Shown in pieces: positions 54,956 to 64,000 of a DNA stretch of 64,000 bases. The DNA is from Eledone cirrhosa. Taxonomy: Eukaryota. The notes beneath the pieces are model-generated. The model had not been told where the DNA came from. It ran no database searches and saw only the letters and a program-made list of their open reading frames with translations. A program made the translations under genes and the position numbers. The stretch is taken from assembly GCA_964016885.1 (NCBI GenBank), contig OZ024747.1, positions 86,676,001 to 86,740,000 of the forward strand, given 5' to 3'. How positions within the stretch are numbered: position 1 is the stretch's first letter; each line of letters begins with the position of its first letter.

Positions 54956-55029
54956 TCGGTTTCAACACACGATTTCAGATAAAGAATCTTGCTAAACAAA
55001 TTCAGAAACGAAATATATATATATATATA

Positions 55030-55513
55030 TAAATAAAATAAAATAAAATAAAATAAAATAAATAAATACATACACAAGCACAATAACAACAAGCACATAA
55101 ACACACACTAGTCACCCATCACACAGCAAACAAAACACTATACACACACGCAAACGCATGCGCAAAGAAGACAAAATAAAATAAACAAACAAGCAAATAA
55201 ATAAATAAATATATAGACAGACTGAATAAAAATGGCGTAGACATACAATACAACAGGAGGAAAAGATAGCACCACTGACGATGTTGCAGATGTGCAACGA
55301 AAGATTCATGATAAACTATATATATGTGTTTGTGTCTATATTGTATCTGTATTATTTTTGACCGTCGGTCAGTCAATGGCAACATTGAGGACCGAGTAAG
55401 TTAGATTACCGATATAAAAGACACAGAAGCGAGAAGCGAAAACCAACCAAACAGTGAGTGTGTTCTGTTATTAATTCTGGCAATATTACACAAATATGAC
55501 CCTCCCCAAGTAT

Positions 55514-55520
<7 letters not shown>
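55030..55520 (+). mobile_element. Older related Penelope pseudo-LTR
   Basis: Shares CGCATGCGCAAA, AAAATGGCGTAG and the terminus TGACCCTCCC.AAGTATAACAATA followed by (TA)n; decayed hammerhead at 55271-55312. Confidence 0.75.
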
Positions 55521-55579
<59 letters not shown>

Positions 55580-55582
55580 GAA

Positions 55583-55723
55583 ATACATGGGCGGAGGTGG
55601 TGAGAGCAGACCTCAGATCGCTGAAGCTCACGGAGGAGATGACGAAAGACCGTGAGAAGTGGAAAGATGCTGTGCTGAATAGGACCTGTCCCACCCTTGC
55701 AAGCTGGGAAAAGCGGACGTAAA

Positions 55724-55755
<32 letters not shown>
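55583..55755 (+). mobile_element. LINE 3' end (RTE/RTE-X-like) with (GAT)n tail
   Basis: TWAEVVRADLRSLKLTEEMTKDREKWK followed by (GAT)n. Confidence 0.75.
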
Positions 55756-55798
<43 letters not shown>

Positions 55799-56749
55799 AT
55801 TTGTGACGACTTCAGCACCTAAGCTTGGATCAATTAGCATATATAAATTTATCTAATTAAAACAAGCGAGAACTAGATTAGAACACTTCGTTCATTCTTG
55901 ATTTGGGATGTTTTCTCAGAATGAACGGCGTGACACGAGTTAGAAAATTCACTACCTATTGACTAAGACCAGAATAATTTCGATTTTGTTTTCATTCACT
56001 ATTCTTCGTTATAGACATACTATTCGTTAAATTATTGCACTTGTATAATGTTCATCACTATGCTAGACTTAGGGCTGAGGTTATTAGACCCTAGCATATT
56101 ATCGCCCAGTGTTGGTTCCTATCTCATATCTTAATATTGTTGGTGACTTCCAAATGATTGGCTAGGTATTACGGTTTTGCGATATTTCTCGAAGCTTAGC
56201 TTTAAGCGGTGGCCTGTGCCAACTTTATATTCAATACCAGAATTACATGGCATGGTGTCACAGATCTTGGTCATGTTATAGCGGCTTTGTTCGAGAAAGA
56301 TGCTATGGAAAGTTAAACCTGCTATCCAGGACCAGCGCCTATGTATTTCGCATCCAAAGATATATAATGTCCACATTCTTTTCGCAGTTATGCGCACAAT
56401 TCTCATAAATAAAATAGTTTAAACTTATATTTTGGCAAGCTGACAAACACAATGTTTTCCATTACTTTCTTTGACCACGCTAAATAAATTACAAAGCCAA
56501 CACTCTCCCATATCGAATCATGTTATATGTCATAACACCACTCAAATCTCTCCTCCACTATGAATATTTCCACGCTGCAAATATGATTAGCGATTTACGT
56601 ATTGATCGGCGGAAGTTACTATATATTTATTTTAAGTATACATATTTGTATAAAACTGTAACATTTTAAGGTTAAATACAGCATATCTCTGAGATTTGTG
56701 TCCTTGGTAACTGCATAATTGGCCTAATGGTAGCACGGAAACAGCTGCT

Positions 56750-57655
56750 ATACAATTTTGTCCAGATAGAGTATTACCCGCAGATTTTCTGAATTTTGTC
56801 TACATGTCCCTAAGATTCTCAGCAGAGCTATTGTGCTAGTAAAAGTGTCGTTGGTGACAGATGGCGATAGGATTATATAATGGTTCGTTGCTATATAAGT
56901 GGGCTTCTGTTGGACGAATAAGCAACTCCGAACAAAACAGCGATAAGAAACACGGGCAAATGGAGAAATGGCTGACACTGTTAGTACTCAAGACATCACT
57001 CCTAGCCCAACGATATAGATATGTTGAAGTGAATAAAAGTGGCCTGTAAAAAGTGGCTGACTAATTTTACAACCGTCAGTCATGATACTACTTCCACCCC
57101 GGCTGTGCATGTCAATCCTGTTCATGAAAATAACGAGCAGGAGAGGTGACAGTTCGCACCCTTCGCGGAGTCCGACTCCCACATTGAATAGTCTCGATTT
57201 AGCCCCTATTTATGCAAACACAAATACTTGGGCATATGTATAGAGACATCAAGGCAGAAATAAACTGATCATCGATCCCAAACTCCTGCAGAACCTTCCA
57301 CAGCAGGTCCCGAGGAACGCTTACATATGCATTTTCGAGGTCTACAAAACAAGAATATACCTCTTGACGATACTCCCACGATTTCTCAAAGACCTGCCGC
57401 AGTGTGAATAGTTGATCGGTTGTGCTGTTTTCGGGGCGACACCCTCGCTGTTTATCAGCTAGCTTGGATTCAACAATCTTCTTGCATCTGTTTGCCAGGC
57501 ACTTAGCATAGACTTTACGGGGAGGCTTTACAAGGAGTTCCCCTTGTAATTGGATCAATCTCTGTTATTCCCCTTTTTGAAAATTCCAATTACCATCCCG
57601 ATTGTCATTACTTAGGTGCCTGTCTAGAGACCCAGGCTACCCGGTACACACGTGT
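56750..57655 (-). mobile_element. Degenerate RTE-clade RT fragment
   Basis: QRGCRPENSTTDQLFTLRQVFEKSWEY, FVDLENAY, VGLREGCELSPLL. Confidence 0.88.
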
Positions 57656-58625
57656 TGATGATTGATGGTTTTTGAAAAATTTATAAAACCAATATAGTAT
57701 CCTAGAATCAAAAATAGTTTCAAGCAGTTTTCTATCAACGAGTCTCTTTGGCAATCAATAATCAGATATTCTCTGAATGTAACCAATTTATGTCATATTT
57801 TGAATCTGGTCCAATTCAATATGTCTGTATTCATATCATGGTCTTGACAACGTATACAGAAGATGTTTCTCAGCTTCGTTTTTTCGATAACACATCCAGG
57901 ATCCACATACATTCAAACGGCTTATAAGAATATTCGATCTGCAAACTATTCACCTGTTAAAACTTAAACTTTTTCTTCCTTCGGAATAGAAAACTACATC
58001 CATACACTGAAAACCGAAGATAACACGCGTAAAACGAATCCGATTTGAAATAGTATCGTATACACTGACAATCTTACGTAGATAATTCTGAAACAAGATT
58101 AAGTTGCTCAAGAACGTGACAGTGAGCTTGAATTTGAAAACAAAAGTCCACGAGAAACGAACACAGAATCAAAGTTGTCACACATTGAGTGAGGTTATTT
58201 TTGATAATATCTCCTAGACCAAAAGGTATGAATGCGCATGGGGCACTAGTTCATGTGTTTGAGTTATGATCGTACAGTCATGAATCGGATTCCGATCGGC
58301 TCATTCTCATTGAACAAAGCACTCAATTTTCCGTTGTTTTATTCCAAAGCCACTCACACTGTATCACGCTAAATCTCATTGAAGGTGTTCGTCTCTATTA
58401 GAAATCCAATATACAAACCTAAATGTCCGCATGCATTCAACAATATACCTTAAGATCTTCAGATCTAGGTTCTCCGATGAGGTTATAATCACCATATATC
58501 GATTCCTCCATTTGGTGTTGAATCTCAGAAGGTTGAAATCACTTCAACCATAAAATACTGGATGGATAATGAGCGAATGTAACCAGTCAAAAAAATATTA
58601 TATATATGTGATGAATATTATATAT

Positions 58626-58818
58626 AGGGCGGTAGATTGGCAGTATCGGTAGAGGGTCGGACGCCATGCTTTGCAGCAAAGAGTTACGGCCCTTTATGGT
58701 CTGAATTCAAATCTCACCGAGGTTAACTTTGCCTTTCATCCTTGCAGGGTCGATAAAATAAAGTACCAGTAATACACTGGGATACTTGCTGGCCTTGTGC
58801 CAAAAGTAGAAACAATTA
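58626..58818 (+). mobile_element. tRNA-derived SINE
   Basis: Near-consensus copy with ATTATATATA flanks. Confidence 0.88.
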
Positions 58819-58835
58819 TATATATATGGCTGTAT

Positions 58836-59120
58836 TACAGAGGTTTTTCAGACTTCTTCAGGACAAACATTTATTAAATTCAAAGAAGTACAAATCTATA
58901 ACTCCTTCAAAGTTGGATCGTCTTACTTCAATGCACTTGTTGTAGCATCTCATCCACTTCCTGATGACCCCATGGAGGTCCTCCAAATTGAAGAGGGCCA
59001 GGACTCTTTCACAGCCTCCTTCATGCTCTCATTGTCTTGAAAACGACTGCTCGTGAAAAAAACAAAAGAAATTTCGGGAGTGTGTGACAGTTTTGATACT
59101 GTGTTGGTTTCTCGAGGACA
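58836..59120 (-). mobile_element. mariner 3' relic
   Basis: Manual translation WMRCYNKCIEVRRSNFEG resembles the mariner C-terminal KCI..G.YFEG. Confidence 0.5.
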
Positions 59121-59122
59121 TT

Positions 59123-59193
<71 letters not shown>

Positions 59194-59275
59194 GGTAAAC
59201 AGAAATAACAACATAATCAGTAGAGTATATGAAAGGAATATATTAGGTTAACGCTTGATATAGCAGGAAGAGGGT

Positions 59276-59309
59276 CTTGACGTTTCGGAGGCTACTCCTT
59301 CATCAGAAA
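59276..59309 (-). ncRNA. Minimal hammerhead candidate
   Basis: ttt-CTGATGA-a ggag tagc ctcc-GAAA-cg-TC-aag; weak stem I. Confidence 0.55.
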
Positions 59310-60265
59310 TGAGAAATAAGATAGATTGAGGGGACGGGTGGGTTGGAATTGGAAAAATTGTCTTTAGATAAAAATAACAAGTCCATTCATGTTGACATCA
59401 TATTTTTTAAAACCTTGGAGCAATAATTAATTTTAACTACATATAACGGGATTCAATCCTCTGCAAAAATATTACCAGACTTATAAATGAGAAAAACGAT
59501 TTTTTTTCTAATTTACAAACGAGATAACTAGTTTTTCTATTGCAATCATCATTTGGCGAGTTATTTCTATCTTTAATAGACCTATATATAATCCTTTAAC
59601 ACATTCCAGTATTAAACCATGGAAAATAATTTTATTTTTCTATTTTGTGTTCTTCAATTATTTAAACTGGAAACTGAAGTGTGCATATGTGTGCGTGAGT
59701 ATGCGTGCATGTGGATAAAATGTAAGTAGGATTAAATGATCATGATAAACCAATACACATTTGGTGACGCTGTGTGAATATGTAAACAAAATCAATAAAG
59801 ATTTATTTCAAATTACTAAATAACCAGAAAAAAAGGTTTCCGTTTACATAATTTTCACTCGCTTAGCTTCGGTCACCCTTTGGCTAAACTCATGTTTATA
59901 AAGCGTACACATGTAAACATATTTATGATTTATTTATCCACACAGGAGATTTTTTCACCCATTTCATTCCAATCCCATCCCCTAGGTTAAACTATGGGTA
60001 AATTTTTTAATTGAATTTACGCGTGTAAAAGTATTTACATCTCCTGTAAACAAAGCGAGATGTTCTCTCATTACTTAAATAACTTAATGCACCCCGCCAG
60101 CTTATGTACTGATATTCTGATACGGAATTGACTAAAATCGATGCCTGTTTCTCGAAGTTAATCTCAAAGGAATGTGGTTGTACGTGGCACTCCTACACTA
60201 CACACACACACACACACACACACATACATATATATGTATATATATACACATACATACATATATAC

Positions 60266-60318
<53 letters not shown>

Positions 60319-60478
60319 CAAAAGGGATATTCAATTTGTTGGTAATTTAACAAATATAAACGTTTATAAATGATTCAAAGAACTCGACAAGTTTTCTGGA
60401 GTATAATATTCAATGATATTAAATAAATGGAAAGTATATTTATAAAACCATATTTATTCTATTATAAATATATATCAA

Positions 60479-60681
60479 TGTGAGAAAAACCACAAACCCT
60501 CCATCTCAATTCTACTTTTGAAAATCACAAGAACTGCGAAACCGGTAAAGGAACCAAATAAATATATTTAAAAAAAACAAGACTCCAGTTACATTTTCGA
60601 TTTCATCTTTTTTCCTTATACTTTCACTCGTGTAGGACACCTCGTTATTTTTCATTTTGTAAAAAAACCTCACTTTCTAAT
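60479..60681 (+). mobile_element. Single-arm relative of the 4094-4454 element
   Basis: Reverse complement of 4094-4305 with substitutions; ends in (TA)n. Confidence 0.85.
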
Positions 60682-60691
60682 ATATATATAT

Positions 60692-60894
60692 ATAGGAACG
60701 AGTAGGACCCCGACGGCTGAGCTCAAGCCGTTTCGACGGCTAATTCTGGACTATTTTAGTCTAGAATTAGCCGTCGAAACGGCTTGAGCTCAGCCGTCGG
60801 GGTCCTACTCGTTCCTATTACCCACTCTACTACCCTAAGTATAGAGTACTTTGGTGTGTTATGGTCCACCTGGTTCCTTACCACATTTCCTTCG

Positions 60895-60896
<2 letters not shown>
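60692..60896. mobile_element. (TA)n-flanked foldback containing the 3' half of a hammerhead
   Basis: Palindrome 60692-60818 with axis at 60755; GAAA-cggct tgagctc agccg-TC at 60776-60798. Confidence 0.7.
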
Positions 60897-60978
<82 letters not shown>

Positions 60979-61471
60979 TACAAAAAAAGATGTGTGACAG
61001 TATCATGTATACATCTTCAGTTTATTATATCATCATTTTGTGAGTTGAGCCAATCATATTAAGGGTATAATTAGGTTAAGCGAAACCGTTTTGAAACACG
61101 TAGGAGATATGGTACCTATAATTAAAATATCACCTCTCTGTCAGAGTATATGTATATGTTGAATGCTCAGCCACCTGCACATAATGTTCACGAGCGGACT
61201 GCTGCGTTGATCGAACATTGAATCAACGTAAGTCTATCTTATTGTGTATGGTAAATTTACTTGACATTTGCTTGTGCAGTATATTAATTAGTGTGTGCAT
61301 TGATGTGCTAAAATCCCTATTTACTATAACGAAGCGGCAATTGTAATTACTTATCCACAGACCAGACCATATAAGCATAATATTTTACTTCATTTTCCAC
61401 TATACATCCACACACATCAGAGATTAATATTTACATACATACGTACATACATACATACATACATATATACA

Positions 61472-64000
61472 TCAGTCAATGCGATCAGTCGCATATTTTG
61501 GCGTGGGAGACTATTTATTAAATTTAAGATGAATACTATCTCCGACAGTAATGCCACAACTACAGTCATGTTGAATAACTGGTTATTCTTCTAACTATAT
61601 CTTCTGAAGACAACTTTTATTCGAATTCGTAGAGATATCCGACTAAATACATAATTCATTTTACAAGGATTTGCTACAAACACCATGGCTGAACACAACA
61701 TTCAACAACACAATTAAGGAAGTATCGAAGACAAACAACAAGAAAGGTAAACAAACTTTATTCAGTTGTAGCTACAGAAGAAACCGAAATTATAAATCGC
61801 ATTTCTCTTGGAGTTGCGAACTTAATAATGATTTATTTAATTGCTATAAAACGGCAAAAAAACAATCCCTCCATTGGCTATATGAATAGAATGAAGCTAC
61901 ACTGGGACGAAATGCACCCAGAGCTAAATTATTTCACAGTGAAACAATTACGCCAACAAGCGACGTTTGTTGAACGTAAAAATAAGATAAATATTAATTG
62001 TAAGTCCCCCACAACAAACATGGGATCAACAACACGTGCTGCTGGTCGCCATGCTACTAGACTAGCAGCCAGGTCGAACAGCGCCTTTAAACAACTATGC
62101 CTGTAAGAAACTTGACACCACCTTGTACCATCTAAGTCTACCTCGAATGCTGGGGAAAACACTATCGATAATAATAATAATAATAATCGAAGAAATTTGA
62201 CACCACGTGTACCATACGAGTCTCCCTCGACTGTTGTGGAAAATACTATCGATAATGATAATAATCAAAAGTATAAACAATTGAAAATTTCCCTCAACGA
62301 AATCTTCCAGTGAGAAATTAATTCATGTATAAATATCTCTCTTGCTGAACGTATTAAAACGACAATGTTTAATAAAAAAACAAAAAAAAAACAAAACAAA
62401 TAATGAAATATTACGTGTTATTGACGATGGATATTGGGGATGAATATTTACGACGGATAAAAAGCCCAACATTTTGGCAAATCAACGCCTGTTTATATGT
62501 CTTAGCAACGACAGTGAAGCATTATCTTGGTGATAGCAGAGATATTAACAAGAACAAAACACCACCAAAAATACCATCATATATAACTAAAATAGAAAAA
62601 AAGATTGCTGACCTACGAAAAACCATAGGATAGGTGACAATGCTCCTTACAGGCAAACAAACACAAAAAATCTTACTCCTCACCAAGAAAGAGTGAAAAA
62701 TAAAATAGAGACGATGTTTGGTAACAGTAGAACCAGAACACTTCAATATAAGCTGATCACCCTCAAACAAGAATTGAGAGCTGTTAGCGAAAAACGCCGA
62801 AACCTGAAGAAGGTAGATGAGAGAAAAGTGCTTAATAAAAGATTCAGACGAAACCAAACATAAGTCTATAGAGATATGAAGAACAAAATAATAAGTGTCA
62901 CTGAGGCCTCACCCCAGAAAGACAGATTCCTTTTGGAGCAAAATATGGGGTGAAAAGAAGAATTTCAACCAAGATGCAGCGTGGCTAAGAGAAATCCGAA
63001 AGAACTATTGCTCCTACACTACAACAAAAACATACGAAATAAGTGAGGGTACCCTTGAGACTGTGATAGGAAAACACCAAGATAAGAAAAGACCAGGAAG
63101 AGACATGATTGTCGGCTACTGGTACAAAAAACAGATCTTCTATCGGAGGTATCTTACTGACCTCTACCAACAAGTTCTTAAGGGAGATACACTTATACCA
63201 GAATGGTTGACATTAGCAAAAACATTACAGGTCCCCAAGAACAAAGTCACCCACTTGGCAAAAAACTACCGACCCATTGCATGCCAGAACCTGATGTATA
63301 AGATGTATACAGCCTGCCTGAACCTATTCCTCCAAGATCACTGTGAAAATAATAACATCATCACAGATGAACAAGCAGCTGGAAAGAAAGGGGTTTGGGG
63401 ATGTGCTGAACAACTCCTAATAAACAAAACTGCGATGTCGGAAGTGCGACAACTTAGGAGGAATATGGCTACAGTCTGGCTGGACTACAGGAAAGCTTTC
63501 GATTCTGTTCCCCACTCTTGGATGATAGAGGCCCGCCAAATTGCTAAAGTCCCAGACATTATTGTCAGAGCCATAGAGAGGCTGTCTTCTTCTTGGGCTA
63601 CTATCCTAAGGTTAAAGACAGAGAGTGAGGACTCTATTTTTACTGATAAAATAAAATATCACCGGGGTATATTTCAGGGGGACAGTCTCTCTGTGATATT
63701 ATTCATCTTGTCATTAAACTCCTTGTCCTTTCTGCTCAAGAAATGTGAGGGATACATCATTGGCTCGCAGGAAGACAGAAATACGAACCTAACCCATAAT
63801 TTCTTTGTGGACGATCTGAAACTCTATGGCAAGAACATGGATGGGATGAAGAAAAATCTTGACCTGGTTACAACGTTCTCAAAGGATATAGGAATGGAGT
63901 TTGGCCAAGATAAATGCTCATACATGACTGTAAACCCAATCTAGCAACATTGTCATCAATGGCCTAACTATTTCACCGATATCTGATGAGGACTGCTACA
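61472..64000 (+). mobile_element. Degenerate RLE-type (R4/Dong-like) LINE, 5' part, running off the window
   Basis: GYMNRMKLHW N-terminal motif; RT YRPIAC, QAAG, DYRKAFD, GIFQGDSLS, FVDD; multiple stops; starts after (TACA)n. Confidence 0.9.

Overview
AT-rich, microsatellite-dense animal DNA. The dominant tRNA-derived SINE and the repeat landscape resemble an octopus or other cephalopod genome (inference from recalled repeat families, not a search). No intact host gene can be supported. The window is mostly retroelements: one apparently intact L1/Tx1-type LINE (ORF1 with a CCHC knuckle, ORF2 APE-RT) inside a (TTA)n tract; several restriction-like-endonuclease (R4/Dong-type) LINEs at microsatellites; RTE, CR1/L2 and mariner relics; about 20 SINE copies; and a 20-bp satellite with a polarity switch that splits a SINE. 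The most interesting signal is non-coding. At least six different sequence families carry type-I hammerhead ribozyme folds, almost all ending in (TA)n tracts and often arranged as foldback inversions. They include a 543-bp ORF-less, terminally redundant, retrozyme-like unit with a full hammerhead, and a palindrome whose axis sits in a ribozyme stem-II loop. All folds were traced by eye and none is tested.
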